Sequence record: OL770074.2
DNA length: 64,000 bases
From: Escherichia phage vB_EcoM-RPN187
Reading direction: 5' to 3' (one strand)
In this document: positions 10,216-21,037 of the stretch, one piece after another
Numbering within the stretch: the stretch's first letter is position 1
Layout: each line of letters begins with the position of its first letter
The notes under the pieces: model-generated
Database searches by the model: none
What the model was told of the DNA's origin: nothing
The model's input: the letters and a program-made list of their open reading frames with translations, nothing else
Position numbers and translations under genes: made by a program

Positions 10216-10884
10216 TTATTTTAATGTTACGAAAGAAGAATTGCGTGTTTCACGAATTAGAACTGATCCGTCGCGATTAATGTAATAAATTAAGCTAAAT
10301 AAAGTTTGGTGAGCAGAAGCATGCACAAAACTAGTTGGGCGAGATTTCCAATCTGGGGTTTCGGCTATCCATTGATAAATCCACCAAGGAACAGTAACAT
10401 ATCCTGGGCCTTTGCCTAATTTAATGAGTGTAGGACTAAAATTTTCAGGCAGAACAAATTTTACTTCTTTATTTACATCTGCCTCAGGCTCTTTTTCAGA
10501 TTCAACAACCTGAGTAATTGCTTCTTCGAATTTATCATGGTCGAATTCTTTTTCTTGTTCGACAACTTCTAATACTTCAACTTGTTCTGTTGGAGAATCA
10601 AACAACAGAATAGCTTCTTCTTTAACTTCTTCGTTGGTGAAATTAACACCGTCCACATCATCTGCGGCAGTAATTAAATCGGTGATAGATAATCCATCAG
10701 TTTCAGGTAATGGTTCATCAGCCAGTGCTTTAAGAGCTTCTTCGATATCAATAACAATATTATCGAATGATTTTGTTTTCTTAACACTAATCCCAAATTG
10801 TTCTGCGTATTCAAACAGTTTAGCTTTGGCTTCCTTTTTATCAGAAAGAGCACGTAACTCTTCAATATAGTCTTTATCGATCAT
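10216..10884 (-). CDS. inh: Inh, inhibitor of prohead protease
   Basis: 222-aa ORF (T4 Inh about 226 aa); position between hoc and uvsW. Confidence 0.7.
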   Translation of the reverse strand: MIDKDYIEELRALSDKKEAKAKLFEYAEQFGISVKKTKSFDNIVIDIEEALKALADEPLPETDGLSITDLITAADDVDGVNFTNEEVKEEAILLFDSPTEQVEVLEVVEQEKEFDHDKFEEAITQVVESEKEPEADVNKEVKFVLPENFSPTLIKLGKGPGYVTVPWWIYQWIAETPDWKSRPTSFVHASAHQTLFSLIYYINRDGSVLIRETRNSSFVTLK

Positions 10885-10897
10885 GGTATTTCCTCAT

Positions 10898-10905
10898 TAT
10901 AAATA
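10898..10905 (+). promoter_or_regulatory. late promoter TATAAATA for uvsW
   Basis: exact TATAAATA 30 nt upstream of uvsW ATG. Confidence 0.55.
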
Positions 10906-10934
10906 TAACTATATTTATTACATGGTAATTTGAC

Positions 10935-12449
10935 ATGACTGACATTAAAGTACATTTTTATGATTTTAGTCACGTGCGCATTGAATGCGACGAAAGTACG
11001 TTTTACGAACTTCGTGACTTTTTTAGTTTTGAAGCTGACGGGTATAAATTTAACCCAAAATATCGCTATGGGAACTGGGATGGTAGAATTCGACTTTTAG
11101 ATTATAACCGTTTGTTACCATATGGACTTGTAGGACAAATAAAAAAGTTCTGTAATAATATGAGTTATTCTGTATGGATTGACCCTAAAATATTTGAGAC
11201 CGAAGACCTTACCAGGGAAGATTTTGACGCATGGCTTTCTAAACAAGAAATTTATTCGGGCAACTCCAAAATCGAACCACATTGGTATCAAAAAGATGCA
11301 GTATACGAAGGATTAGTTAATCGTCGTCGAATTTTAAACCTTCCGACATCAGCAGGTAAATCACTAATCCAAGCACTTTTAGCTCGATATTATCTAGAGA
11401 ACTATGAAGGTAAAATTCTCATTATCGTCCCTACAACAGCATTGACAACCCAGATGGCTAATGATTTTGTTGATTATCGCTTGTTTAGTCATTCGATGAT
11501 TAAGAAAATTGGCGGTGGTGCTGATAAAGCAGACAGAGCTAAAAACGACGCTCCAATTATTGTTGGCACATGGCAAACAGTAGTTAAGCAGCCTAAAGAA
11601 TGGTTCTCTCAGTTCGGTATGATGATGAATGATGAATGCCACTTAGCAACAGGCAAAAGTATTTCTTCAATCATCTCAGGATTAAATAATTGCATGTTTA
11701 AATTCGGTTTATCTGGCTCATTAAGAGATGGAAAAGCCAATGTAATGCAGTACGTAGGTATGTTCGGCGAAATCTTCCGTCCTGTTAGCACGTCTAAATT
11801 AATGGAAGACGGACAGGTAACTGAGCTTAAGATTAATAGTATTTTCCTTCGTTATCCGGACGAATTCACCGTTAAATTAAAAGGTAAAACATACCAAGAA
11901 GAAGTTAAAATTATTACCGGACTAAAACGACGTACAAAGTGGATTGCTCAACTTTCAGTCAAATTGGCTAAGAAAGACGAGAACGCCTTTGTAATGTTTA
12001 AACACGTTACACACGGTAAAGAAATATTTGAAGCTATTAAAGAGCTTGGATACGAAAAAGTTTATTACGTATCAGGTGAAGTTGATACTGAAACACGTAA
12101 CGCGCTTAAAGTCATGGCAGAAAATGGTAAAGGCATTATTATTGTCGCATCATATGGAGTATTCTCTACTGGTATTTCAGTCAAGAATCTTCATCATGTT
12201 ATTTTTGCCCATGGTGTTAAATCAAAAATTATCGTACTTCAAACCGTAGGTCGCGTGCTTCGTAAGCATGGTTCTAAAGCTGTTGCTACAGTTTGGGATC
12301 TCATCGATGACGCAGGTGTAAAACCTAAATCATTAAATACTAAAAAGAAGTATACTCATCTTAATTACTTGTTAAAACACGGTATTGATCGTATCCAACG
12401 TTACGCTGATGAGAAATTTAACTATGTAATGAAAACAATTAATTTATAA
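10935..12449 (+). CDS. uvsW: UvsW DNA/RNA helicase (SF2)
   Basis: 504-aa ORF; Walker A PTSAGKS, DECH box (MMMNDECHL), SF2 motifs; T4 UvsW 502 aa. Confidence 0.95.
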   Translation: MTDIKVHFYDFSHVRIECDESTFYELRDFFSFEADGYKFNPKYRYGNWDGRIRLLDYNRLLPYGLVGQIKKFCNNMSYSVWIDPKIFETEDLTREDFDAWLSKQEIYSGNSKIEPHWYQKDAVYEGLVNRRRILNLPTSAGKSLIQALLARYYLENYEGKILIIVPTTALTTQMANDFVDYRLFSHSMIKKIGGGADKADRAKNDAPIIVGTWQTVVKQPKEWFSQFGMMMNDECHLATGKSISSIISGLNNCMFKFGLSGSLRDGKANVMQYVGMFGEIFRPVSTSKLMEDGQVTELKINSIFLRYPDEFTVKLKGKTYQEEVKIITGLKRRTKWIAQLSVKLAKKDENAFVMFKHVTHGKEIFEAIKELGYEKVYYVSGEVDTETRNALKVMAENGKGIIIVASYGVFSTGISVKNLHHVIFAHGVKSKIIVLQTVGRVLRKHGSKAVATVWDLIDDAGVKPKSLNTKKKYTHLNYLLKHGIDRIQRYADEKFNYVMKTINL

Positions 12450-12464
12450 GGGCTTCGGCCCTTA
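12449..12464 (+). other. CUUCGG hairpin between uvsW and uvsW.1 (no T-run; RNA structure)
   Basis: AAGGGC-TTCG-GCCCTT overlapping uvsW stop, immediately followed by SD AGGAG of uvsW.1. Confidence 0.5.
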
Positions 12465-12474
12465 GGAGATAAAA

Positions 12475-12705
12475 ATGGTACTTGAATTTAAACAATTTTT
12501 ATACGAAGCATCTATTGACGAATTCATGGGTAAAATTGCTAGTTGTCATACCTTAGAAGGGCTTGAAGAATTGGAAGCTTATTATAAGAAACGTATAAAA
12601 GAAACGAAATTAAAAGATACAGATGATATTTCTGTCAGGGATGCCTTAGCAGGTAAGCGTGCCGAACTTGAAGGCGACGATGATGATGAGGAAGAAGACT
12701 TCTAA
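12475..12705 (+). CDS. uvsW.1: UvsW.1 small acidic protein
   Basis: 76-aa ORF with SD AGGAG; acidic DDDDEEEDF tail; T4 UvsW.1 is 76 aa. Confidence 0.8.
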   Translation: MVLEFKQFLYEASIDEFMGKIASCHTLEGLEELEAYYKKRIKETKLKDTDDISVRDALAGKRAELEGDDDDEEEDF

Positions 12706-12761
12706 TTAAAAAAGGCCCGACCTTTTTGGAAGGGCCAAAACCATAGGCAAAAAAGGTAACA

Positions 12762-12929
12762 CTATAGTAAAAGTTGGGTTTCGTTCAATTGCTCTTCTGA
12801 ACTTTCTGAAACCGGCATTTGTTGGACATAATTATAACAAGGCCCAGGATGTGCTGGTCCTTTGTCTGTTTCAACAACCAATGCAGAATCGATTGGAGTT
12901 TTACAGACAACACAAATCTTATCTGACAT
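12762..12929 (-). CDS. small Cys-containing hypothetical protein (uvsY upstream-region ORF)
   Basis: 55-aa ORF below the ORF-track threshold; strong SD GGAGG 6 nt upstream; CxxC...C spacing; minus-strand TATAAATA 30 nt upstream. Confidence 0.4.
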   Translation of the reverse strand: MSDKICVVCKTPIDSALVVETDKGPAHPGPCYNYVQQMPVSESSEEQLNETQLLL

Positions 12930-12958
12930 GATTGCCTCCTAAGTTGAAATTACATATC

Positions 12959-12966
12959 TATTTATA
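12959..12966 (-). promoter_or_regulatory. late promoter (TATAAATA on minus strand)
   Basis: plus tatttata = minus TATAAATA, 30 nt upstream of ORF 12762..12929. Confidence 0.4.
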
Positions 12967-13186
12967 CAACTCGCATGCACATATCGATACCCATATCTTT
13001 TGTATAAAAATACTCGTCGATGTACCCAGCAAACTTCCCTTTAATATAAAGGACGTCTTCGCCACAAGGGTGGTCTGCCAGGATACGAATATCCTGGCGT
13101 CGTAGACGATACTTTTCCATTAAGAATTTAATTTCAGTTTCAAATTCTTCATCATTATTAAAGGCATCTTCAATTGAATAGCGCAT
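12962..13186 (-). CDS. hypothetical protein (T4 uvsY.-1/-2 position)
   Basis: 74-aa ORF start-overlapping uvsY stop. Confidence 0.5.
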   Translation of the reverse strand: MRYSIEDAFNNDEEFETEIKFLMEKYRLRRQDIRILADHPCGEDVLYIKGKFAGYIDEYFYTKDMGIDMCMRVV

Positions 13187-13599
13187 TATTGCCCCGCTTC
13201 AAATTCTCGCATATCCTGGATATGTTTAAGTGCAAAACTACGAGACTTAACTGCGTCAAGTGCACCACTACAGAACTCAAGTAAAATTCCCCAGTATTGT
13301 AAAGTAGTCTCTATTTTAAGCACATCTTTATCTGCAGCCAGGACAGTTTTCATTTCAGACTTCTCGTATCGGTCCATACTGAATTCATCACCGTCACCTC
13401 GTCCCGAGTAGTAGTCTAATCTTGCTTTTAGAGCAGTTTTCTTCTGAGTCTCTATACGCAACATTTCTTTACGAATAAATGAGTGCTTACGTAGCCATTT
13501 GCTGTATAACTTAACATTATTCGCCGTCTCATATTGCAACTTTGTCATATCAATAGCTAAGTCTGCGTCTAACTCTTCCTGTAAATCTTCCAGCTTCAT
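13186..13599 (-). CDS. uvsY: UvsY recombination mediator protein
   Basis: 137 aa from MKLEDLQEEL; near-identical to recalled T4 UvsY; the 164-aa track ORF is an upstream in-frame extension. Confidence 0.9.
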   Translation of the reverse strand: MKLEDLQEELDADLAIDMTKLQYETANNVKLYSKWLRKHSFIRKEMLRIETQKKTALKARLDYYSGRGDGDEFSMDRYEKSEMKTVLAADKDVLKIETTLQYWGILLEFCSGALDAVKSRSFALKHIQDMREFEAGQ

Positions 13600-13654
13600 A
13601 ATGTTCTCTCTTTTAACTAATAATCTCCCGGCTGTATCGGAAGGACCTAAAACC

Positions 13655-13680
13655 ATTATACACAGGTTGCCTTGAAGCAT
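13655..13680 (-). promoter_or_regulatory. MotA-dependent middle promoter for uvsY
   Basis: minus strand ATGCTTCA (MotA box) - 12 nt - TATAAT; overlaps gene 25 stop. Confidence 0.55.
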
Positions 13681-14078
13681 TACACTCTATTGCTTGACGC
13701 TAACTGAAGTTTAATTTGTTCAATATCGTCAGGGTTGTCTACGACCGAAAATCTAATCTCTACTATAACCGTATAGTCATCATATACTGGCGTTACACTC
13801 ACAGAAAGTTTGTCGATGCGTGGCTCATAGTTACGAACAGCTGCCTGGATATTACGCTCAATCGTATCGGCTGTAAGTGGTGTCATGTTCTCGAAAAGTT
13901 CGTCGACCAAATCGCATCCAAATTCAGGGTCGAAGGGGCGTGAGCCTTTTCTAGTTGTCACTATGCCAAGAAGACTATTTTTAATAGAACGAAGTCCTAC
14001 AGAACGAGCAACGTCCTTGTTCCAATCCATACGCATTTCTGGGTCGATATCTGAATAAAGTTTATTGATATTAGACAT
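13680..14078 (-). CDS. 25: baseplate wedge protein gp25
   Basis: 132-aa ORF (T4 gp25 132 aa); synteny. Confidence 0.9.
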   Translation of the reverse strand: MSNINKLYSDIDPEMRMDWNKDVARSVGLRSIKNSLLGIVTTRKGSRPFDPEFGCDLVDELFENMTPLTADTIERNIQAAVRNYEPRIDKLSVSVTPVYDDYTVIVEIRFSVVDNPDDIEQIKLQLASSNRV

Positions 14079-14704
14079 TATAGTAACTCAAAGAATTCTT
14101 TGAGGCCTCGTATTGTGTGAACGTGTGACGCCCCACATTTGGGACATTTAATAGGGGTTGCCAGATAAATTGATGGCGATACTAAAAGATTTTTAATATT
14201 GATCATGTCATCTTCTGTTATAAGGCCGTAAAGGTCGTTTATTTCTGCTTCAGTTAAATCTTCAACAGGGATGGACTCTCCATTGACAAAAACAGCCTCA
14301 ATACATGAAGCAATCATTAATGCGATATTTTTATCGTCAAATAATTTAGGTTGACGGAACTTAATTTTAATACCACTGAACGAATACCAGGGATCGGCCT
14401 GTTCATCTAATCGAGTGTGCAATAAATTCATATAGACTTGAAATGAATGCCCACAGGAACAATTCCAGGTGTGTTCTTGATTCACTTCACCTAATGAATG
14501 TGCCCACAGATTTACCAACAATAACTCGGCTTCTTGTTTAGTCAAGTTTTTAGCGTTAGAGCAATTAGTGATAATATTGTTCACTGCTGATTCAATAGTA
14601 CCTGTAGCCCGCGCACCTATGAGTCCTAGATATTCTTTTAAAGTAAAGGCTCTACAATTCACTTCTTTATCGCCTAAACGTACGGTAAACGTATATTTGT
14701 ACAT
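14078..14704 (-). CDS. 26: baseplate hub protein gp26
   Basis: 208-aa ORF (T4 gp26 208 aa); start-overlaps gene 25. Confidence 0.85.
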   Translation of the reverse strand: MYKYTFTVRLGDKEVNCRAFTLKEYLGLIGARATGTIESAVNNIITNCSNAKNLTKQEAELLLVNLWAHSLGEVNQEHTWNCSCGHSFQVYMNLLHTRLDEQADPWYSFSGIKIKFRQPKLFDDKNIALMIASCIEAVFVNGESIPVEDLTEAEINDLYGLITEDDMINIKNLLVSPSIYLATPIKCPKCGASHVHTIRGLKEFFELL

Positions 14705-14721
14705 GTTAACTCCTTTATTGT

Positions 14722-14733
14722 GTATTTATAAAT
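14722..14733. promoter_or_regulatory. overlapping divergent late promoters (TATAAATA on both strands) for 26-25 and 51-27-28-29-48-54
   Basis: plus tatttataaata contains TATAAATA (14726-14733, +) and its reverse complement (14722-14729, -). Confidence 0.6.
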
Positions 14734-14751
14734 AATAGAAAAGGAGTAATT

Positions 14752-15504
14752 ATGGCTAATATAATTCGTTGTAAATTACCGGATGGTGTTCATCGTTTTA
14801 AGCCGTTCACTGTGGCGGATTATAGAGACTTTTTACTAGTTAGAAATGATATCGAACATCGTTCGCCACAAGAACAAAAAGAAATAATTGCCGATCTGAT
14901 TGATGATTATTTTGGCGAGTACCCTAAAACATGGCAACCATTTATATTCCTGCAAGTTTTTGCAGGCTCTATAGGCAAAACAAAAGTTCCCGTTATTTTC
15001 ACTTGCCCTAAATGCTCTAAAGAAAAAACTGCACCATTTGAAATATATCAAAAAGAACTAGTCGAACCTGAACTTGATGTTGCTGGTATAAAAATACGTT
15101 TTTCTTTCCCTGAAAAGTTTTATGACAATAAAGCATTAATGATAAGTGAAAACATAAAAGAAATATATTATAATGATGAATGGTACCCATGGAATGATTT
15201 GACTGAAGAGAACCAAATCCAAGTAATAGAAGCAATAGACATTGACTCGCTCGAGAAGGTTATTGCTTCTATGAACCCTATTAATTTGACCCTTAGATTA
15301 GGTTGTTGTGAACGTCATGTTAAAACATATACTGATATCTTAGAGGTTTTTAAATTGTTAGTTAACCCTGATGAGATTTTTACATTCTATCAGATAAACC
15401 ATTCACTAGTAAAGAGTCAATACACATTGGATTCTATTATGCAAATGATTCCTGTTGAACGTGGTATTGCTTTAACATTAGTAGAAAAGGACCATAAAAA
15501 ATGA
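14752..15504 (+). CDS. 51: baseplate hub assembly catalyst gp51
   Basis: 250-aa ORF (T4 gp51 249 aa); divergent from gene 26 as in T4. Confidence 0.85.
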   Translation: MANIIRCKLPDGVHRFKPFTVADYRDFLLVRNDIEHRSPQEQKEIIADLIDDYFGEYPKTWQPFIFLQVFAGSIGKTKVPVIFTCPKCSKEKTAPFEIYQKELVEPELDVAGIKIRFSFPEKFYDNKALMISENIKEIYYNDEWYPWNDLTEENQIQVIEAIDIDSLEKVIASMNPINLTLRLGCCERHVKTYTDILEVFKLLVNPDEIFTFYQINHSLVKSQYTLDSIMQMIPVERGIALTLVEKDHKK

Positions 15505-16673
15505 CAGTATTCCAACGTCCAGGATATCCTAACTTAAGCGTTAAATTATATCAAGATTATTCGGCTTGGCAAGAAAATAGATACGTTGAACTCGCGGCAA
15601 CAATAACAACTTTAACCATGCGAGATTCGCTATATGGAAGAAATGAAGGGATTCTTCAATTTTATGACACTAAAAACATCCACACTAAAATGGATGGTAG
15701 ACAGATAGTCCAAATCTCTGTTTCAAATTCAAACACACCTCTCCAAGTTAGAACTCGAATTTATGGATGTAGACATTATTCTGTGTCTGTGGACTCAAAA
15801 GGTGACAATATTATTGCAATTGAGCTTGGAACAATACATTCTATAGAGAACCTTAAATTTGGGCGTCCATTCTTCTCAGACGCAGGAGAATCTATACGTG
15901 AAATGTTAGGTGTCATATATAAAGACCGTACGTTAATTACTCCGCCAATAAACACTATTAATGCTTATGTTCCTGATATTCCTTGGACAAGCACATTTGA
16001 TGATTATTTGGCATATGTCAGAGAATTAGGACTTGCTACAGCGAGTGATAAGTTCGTATTCGTATGGCAAGATATTTTAGGCGTAAACATGATTGACTAC
16101 GATACTCTTATTGGTCAGGAAGGCATTAAGATGGTTGTAGGTGAGCCAAATACTGTAGGTCAGTATATTCAAGAGCTTGAGTATCCATTAGTATGGGATT
16201 TCACCTGGATGACTAAAGCTAACCAATTTACAAGAGACCCTATTAAAAACGCCACGATATTCGCTCATTCATTTTTAGATACATCTATTCCGGTTATTGT
16301 TACAGGTGATGGTGATAATGCTATTCTTGTGTCAAGATCAGGTGGATATTCCGAAATGACCTATCGTAATGGATTTGAAGAAGCAAGTCGTCTTCAGACA
16401 ATGGCCCAATATGACGGATATGCTAAATGCACTACTACAGGTAATTTTAACATAACGCCTGCTACTAAAATTATATTTGTTGACCAAAAGAACCAATTCA
16501 AATCCGAATTTTACGTGGATGAAGTTATTCATGAGTTATCAAATAACAACTCGCAAACTCATCTGTACATGTTTACCAACTCAATGGTGTTAGAACCTGT
16601 TAACCCAGTTAAGGTTAAAAATGAACTTAAATCTGATTCTACCTCTAAAGAAAATAATTCTACCACAGTCTAA
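15501..16673 (+). CDS. 27: baseplate hub protein gp27
   Basis: 390-aa ORF (T4 gp27 391 aa); ATGA overlap with gene 51. Confidence 0.9.
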   Translation: MTVFQRPGYPNLSVKLYQDYSAWQENRYVELAATITTLTMRDSLYGRNEGILQFYDTKNIHTKMDGRQIVQISVSNSNTPLQVRTRIYGCRHYSVSVDSKGDNIIAIELGTIHSIENLKFGRPFFSDAGESIREMLGVIYKDRTLITPPINTINAYVPDIPWTSTFDDYLAYVRELGLATASDKFVFVWQDILGVNMIDYDTLIGQEGIKMVVGEPNTVGQYIQELEYPLVWDFTWMTKANQFTRDPIKNATIFAHSFLDTSIPVIVTGDGDNAILVSRSGGYSEMTYRNGFEEASRLQTMAQYDGYAKCTTTGNFNITPATKIIFVDQKNQFKSEFYVDEVIHELSNNNSQTHLYMFTNSMVLEPVNPVKVKNELKSDSTSKENNSTTV

Positions 16674-17154
16674 TAAAAAGGTAATGATTCCCAAACTAGG
16701 GCTCAAACATTATAATCTTTTAAAGGACGTTAAAGGTCCTGACGAAAACATGAAAATCTTAGCTGATTCTATTTGTAAAAATATGAGTCCCGCAGATTTT
16801 GATTTTGCATGTCTACACATATTGGAATTTAATAACAAACTTAAGTCTGAAGTTGAAAAAGATGGATTCACTTATAAACTAGATGACGTCTATGTATGCC
16901 AACGAACAGAATTCCAATTTCAAGGTAATACTTTTTATTTTAGACCCCCAGGCAAATTTGAACAATTCGCTACAATCAGTGAAATGCTATCAAATTGCTT
17001 AATAAAAGTTAACGACGAAGAGAAAGAAATTTCTTTCCTTGAGATGCCTGCTTTTGTAATCAAATGGGCAGAAGACCTTTCGACAACTATTGCTATTCCA
17101 GGCCCTAATGGTCCTATTAAGGGTATAGCAGAAATTATTGGATTGCTTGAATGA
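16621..17154 (+). CDS. 28: baseplate hub distal subunit gp28
   Basis: 177-aa ORF (T4 gp28 177 aa) overlapping gene 27 by 53 nt; alternative start at 16684 possible. Confidence 0.75.
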   Translation: MNLNLILPLKKIILPQSNKKVMIPKLGLKHYNLLKDVKGPDENMKILADSICKNMSPADFDFACLHILEFNNKLKSEVEKDGFTYKLDDVYVCQRTEFQFQGNTFYFRPPGKFEQFATISEMLSNCLIKVNDEEKEISFLEMPAFVIKWAEDLSTTIAIPGPNGPIKGIAEIIGLLE

Positions 17155-18923
17155 AACCTGAAGAAATGAAATCCATGCGTAGAAATAAGGTCATTGCCGA
17201 TAATAAACCACAAAAAGTAGCTGCAACAGCAGCTACTGATTCATTAGAAGCATTGAATAACATTTCATCAAAACTGGACGATGTCCAAGCCGCGTCTGAA
17301 CTCACATCACAAAGTGTAGAAGATAAAGGCAATGGAATTATTGAATCAATTGGAGACTTAAAGAATTCGACAGATAATACTGCTGAAGGCGCAGAGCTTA
17401 TCGCAGAAGTTATTGAAAAACAAACTGAAGTCACTAAAAGTATAAACGAAGTTTCTAGTGCAATAAGCTCCAAGTTAGACCGATTAGCTACATTATTAGA
17501 GCAAAAATTACAAACATCTACCGCTATTCAAAATACAGGAGGCACCTCTCTTGAAGTAATTGAGAACGCAATACCTGTTAAAGTGGTTGATAACGAAACT
17601 TATGATGAGTTGTTTAAAGCATTACCTACACCTGAAAAGATTGATAATAAGCCAGACGAAGATTTCTTCCCAGCCCCGGTTCAAGAAAGTGCTAATTCTA
17701 CTTCCGATTCTAAAGGTGGAATTAGCTTTAAATTGAGCGATAAAATTGCAATGCTCACCAAAACAGTTCAAGCCGGGTTTAATAAATCAATATCAATTTC
17801 AGACAGAATTGCTGGAATGCTTTTCAAATACACTATAACGGCTGCTATTGAAGCAGCAAAAATGGCCGCACTTATTCTTGGTATTGTTATCGGTATTGAT
17901 TTATTGATAGTCCATTTCAAATATTGGACAGACAAGTTCACTTCTGCCTGGGATTTATTTGATGAAAACTTTACTAAATTCTCCGATGAAGCTAAAGAGT
18001 GGGGTAAATTCTTAAGTGATATATTCACTTCTATTGACTCGATAAAACAATTGTGGGAAGCCGGAGACTGGGGTGGTTTAACCGTTGCTATTGTCAAAGG
18101 TGTAGGAACAGCGTTAATGAACTTAGGTGAACTAATTCAATTAGGAATGGCTAAACTCTCCGCGTCTATATTGCGTGCTATAGGTTTTGGTGATACCGCG
18201 GACGAAATAGAAGGACGTGCTTTGGAAGGATTCCAAGAAACTACTGGGAACAAATTAAAGAAAGAAGACCAAGAGAAAGTCGCTAAATATCAAATGAAGC
18301 GTGACGATGGTGAATTAGGAACCGTTTCTAAAGGTCTTGATATGTTACAACGCGGCAAAACATTTGTTACTAACTGGGTTCGTGGTAATGACAATAAAGA
18401 AGAGTTTAGTACAAGCGATGAACGTGCTGCAGAATCAGCAAAATTAAAAGAGTTACCTGAAGAGGAGCGTAAAGAGGCATATATAAAAGCTAATGAAACT
18501 CGTGCAGCACTGGTTAGATTTGAGGATTATATCGATAAAATCGATATGACTAATCCGGAAAATGCTAAAAACGTCGAGAAGTCTTATGCTGATTTAAGTA
18601 AACTTATTAAAGACCCTGAACTTAATAAAACTCCTGTTGTTAAAAAGGAATTAGATGCTAGATTTGAAAAGCTAAATAATAAAATGGCTGAAGCCAAAAA
18701 GGCCCAGACGACAGTTAAGCCTGAATCTTCGACTAAATCTCCAGAAGCAAAACAAGTTCAGTCAATAGAGAAAGGACGTGCTTCTGAATCTAAACAACAG
18801 CAACCGGTAGCGGCGATTAGTAACACAAATAATGTCGTCAAAAAGAATACCGTAGTCCAGAATATGACCCCTGTAACAAGTACAACGGCTCCTGGAATTT
18901 TCCATGCCACCGGTGTTAATTAA
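17151..18923 (+). CDS. 29: baseplate hub / tail length determinator gp29
   Basis: 590-aa ORF (T4 gp29 590 aa). Confidence 0.85.
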   Translation: MKPEEMKSMRRNKVIADNKPQKVAATAATDSLEALNNISSKLDDVQAASELTSQSVEDKGNGIIESIGDLKNSTDNTAEGAELIAEVIEKQTEVTKSINEVSSAISSKLDRLATLLEQKLQTSTAIQNTGGTSLEVIENAIPVKVVDNETYDELFKALPTPEKIDNKPDEDFFPAPVQESANSTSDSKGGISFKLSDKIAMLTKTVQAGFNKSISISDRIAGMLFKYTITAAIEAAKMAALILGIVIGIDLLIVHFKYWTDKFTSAWDLFDENFTKFSDEAKEWGKFLSDIFTSIDSIKQLWEAGDWGGLTVAIVKGVGTALMNLGELIQLGMAKLSASILRAIGFGDTADEIEGRALEGFQETTGNKLKKEDQEKVAKYQMKRDDGELGTVSKGLDMLQRGKTFVTNWVRGNDNKEEFSTSDERAAESAKLKELPEEERKEAYIKANETRAALVRFEDYIDKIDMTNPENAKNVEKSYADLSKLIKDPELNKTPVVKKELDARFEKLNNKMAEAKKAQTTVKPESSTKSPEAKQVQSIEKGRASESKQQQPVAAISNTNNVVKKNTVVQNMTPVTSTTAPGIFHATGVN

Positions 18924-18931
18924 GGATTATT

Positions 18932-20041
18932 ATGATTAGTGTAAAAGAAATAGTAGTAGATGCAAAGGATTTAAATAAAGCAATCCCAGTCTCAGAAAGT
19001 GCTGGGCAAAGCACTAAAACCGAAACAACTACTAAAACTTATGTTGCTCAATTTCCTACAGGAAGAGCAGCCGGAAATGACTCCACAGGAGACTTCCAGG
19101 TAACAGATCTTTATAAGAATGGATTATTATTTACCGCGTACAATATGTCTGCACGCGATTCAGGATCCCTCAGGAATTTACGTCCGGCATACGCCGGCAC
19201 TTCATCTAACGGTATCATATCAGATTTAACTGATAATGTGAAAGATGCAGTGACTAAATTCTCTAATGGGTTGCTTCCTGCCGGAGCTAATAAACCTACT
19301 ATAAATAAAACTCCTGTTGCTAATATACTTTTGCCACGTTCCAAATCTGACGTTGATACAACTTCACATCGTTTTAATGATATTGGTGATAGCCTTATTA
19401 CTAAAGGTGGAGGTACTGCTACGGGTGTTTTAAGTAACATTGCTTCTACTGCAGTTTTTGGTGCATTAGATTCTATTACTCAAGGGCTTATGGCTGATAA
19501 TAACGAACAGATTTATACGACTTCTCGTAGTATGTACGGCGGTGCTGAGAACCGTACTAAAGTCTTTACATGGGATTTAACTCCACGTTCAACTGAAGAC
19601 CTTATGGCTATTATAAACATTTACCAGTATTTTAACTATTTCTCATATGGTGAGACCGGTAAATCACAGTACGCCCAAGAGATTAAAAGTTATTTAGACG
19701 AATGGTACCGTTCAACGTTTATTGAGCCTATGACGCCTGATGATGCAGTAAAAAATAAGACATTGTTTGAAAAGATTACTGCGTCATTAACAAATGTATT
19801 AGTTGTAAGCAACCCTACAATTTGGATGGTTAAAAACTTTGGTTATACGTCTAAATTTGATGGATTAACTGACGTATTTGGCCCATGTCAAATTCAAAGC
19901 GTACGTTTTGATAAAACTCCAAATGGACAATTTAATGGTCTTGCTGTTGCTCCTAACTTACCGTCAACATTTACGTTAGAGATAACAATGCGAGAAATTA
20001 TTACATTAAACCGTTCTTCACTTTATGCGGGGACTTTCTAA
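18932..20041 (+). CDS. 48: baseplate tail-tube cap gp48
   Basis: 369-aa ORF; synteny 29-48-54. Confidence 0.85.
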   Translation: MISVKEIVVDAKDLNKAIPVSESAGQSTKTETTTKTYVAQFPTGRAAGNDSTGDFQVTDLYKNGLLFTAYNMSARDSGSLRNLRPAYAGTSSNGIISDLTDNVKDAVTKFSNGLLPAGANKPTINKTPVANILLPRSKSDVDTTSHRFNDIGDSLITKGGGTATGVLSNIASTAVFGALDSITQGLMADNNEQIYTTSRSMYGGAENRTKVFTWDLTPRSTEDLMAIINIYQYFNYFSYGETGKSQYAQEIKSYLDEWYRSTFIEPMTPDDAVKNKTLFEKITASLTNVLVVSNPTIWMVKNFGYTSKFDGLTDVFGPCQIQSVRFDKTPNGQFNGLAVAPNLPSTFTLEITMREIITLNRSSLYAGTF

Positions 20042-21003
20042 TGTACTCTTTAGAAGAATTTAATAACCAAGCTATAAATGCAGATTTCCAACGAAACAAT
20101 ATGTTTAGTTGTGTATTTGCTACTACACCGTCGACCAAATCGTCTTCACTAATTTCGTCAATTGGTAGTTTTGCTTATAATAACTTAGGGTTGGATTCAG
20201 ATTGGCTAGGATTATCTCAAGGTGATATCAATCAGGGCGTAACAACCCTGATTACAGCAGGAACACAGAAATTAATTCGAAAATCAGGTGTAAGTAAATA
20301 TCTGATTGGAGCAATGAGTCAACGTACGGTACAAAGCTTGTTAGGCGAGTTCACAGTAGGAGCTTATCTGATAGACTTCTTCAATATGGCATATAATAAT
20401 ACAGGTTTAATGATTTATTCTGTAAAAATGCCTGAGAACCGATTATCTTATGAAACGGATTTCAACTATAACTCTCCGAACATCCGAATTACCGGCCGTG
20501 AAATGGACCCGTTAGTAATAAGCTTTAGAATGGATTCCGAAGCATCTAACTTTAGAGCAATGCAAGACTGGGTAAACTCAGTCCAAGACCCTGTAACAGG
20601 TCTTCGTGCTTTACCACAAGACGTCGAAGCAGATATTCAGGTTAATTTACATGCACGAAATGGTTTACCACATACCGCTGTCATGTTCACCGGATGTATT
20701 CCTGTTAGTGTCTCTTCTCCTGAGTTAACGTATGATGGTGATAATCAGATAACAGTTTTTGATGTAACATTTGCTTATCGCGTTATGCAATCAGGTGCCG
20801 TAAATAGACAGGCTGCTTTAGAATGGCTGGAATCAGGACTTATTAGTAGTGTTTCAGGAATGTTTGGAAATAATCAGAATGATTCTGGCCTAGGAAGTGC
20901 AGTATCAAGACTTTCTAGATTAGGTGGGACTGCTGGAGGTGTGTCTAATATAAACACATTGACAGGTGTGGTGAATTCTGCGTCAAGAGTTTTAGGACTA
21001 TAA
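20041..21003 (+). CDS. 54: baseplate tail-tube initiator gp54
   Basis: 320-aa ORF (T4 gp54 320 aa); ATGT overlap with gene 48. Confidence 0.85.
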   Translation: MYSLEEFNNQAINADFQRNNMFSCVFATTPSTKSSSLISSIGSFAYNNLGLDSDWLGLSQGDINQGVTTLITAGTQKLIRKSGVSKYLIGAMSQRTVQSLLGEFTVGAYLIDFFNMAYNNTGLMIYSVKMPENRLSYETDFNYNSPNIRITGREMDPLVISFRMDSEASNFRAMQDWVNSVQDPVTGLRALPQDVEADIQVNLHARNGLPHTAVMFTGCIPVSVSSPELTYDGDNQITVFDVTFAYRVMQSGAVNRQAALEWLESGLISSVSGMFGNNQNDSGLGSAVSRLSRLGGTAGGVSNINTLTGVVNSASRVLGL

Positions 21004-21011
21004 GGAAAAAA

Positions 21012-21028
21012 GGGAGACGTCGTCTCCC
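21012..21028. terminator. bidirectional hairpin terminator after gene 54
   Basis: GGGAGACG-TCGTCTCCC palindrome flanked by A-run upstream and TTT downstream. Confidence 0.7.
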
Positions 21029-21037
21029 TTTAGGGGT

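Noticed and set aside
13186-13680. 164-aa version of uvsY
   Set aside because: The first 27 codons overlap the uvsY middle promoter and lack an RBS; the T4-like protein begins at MKLEDLQ (13599).
16621-16673. 53-nt overlap of gene 28 with gene 27 as a possible frameshift or pseudogene
   Set aside because: Both ORFs are full length relative to T4 (390 and 177 aa); overlap is more likely genuine or a slightly later gene 28 start.
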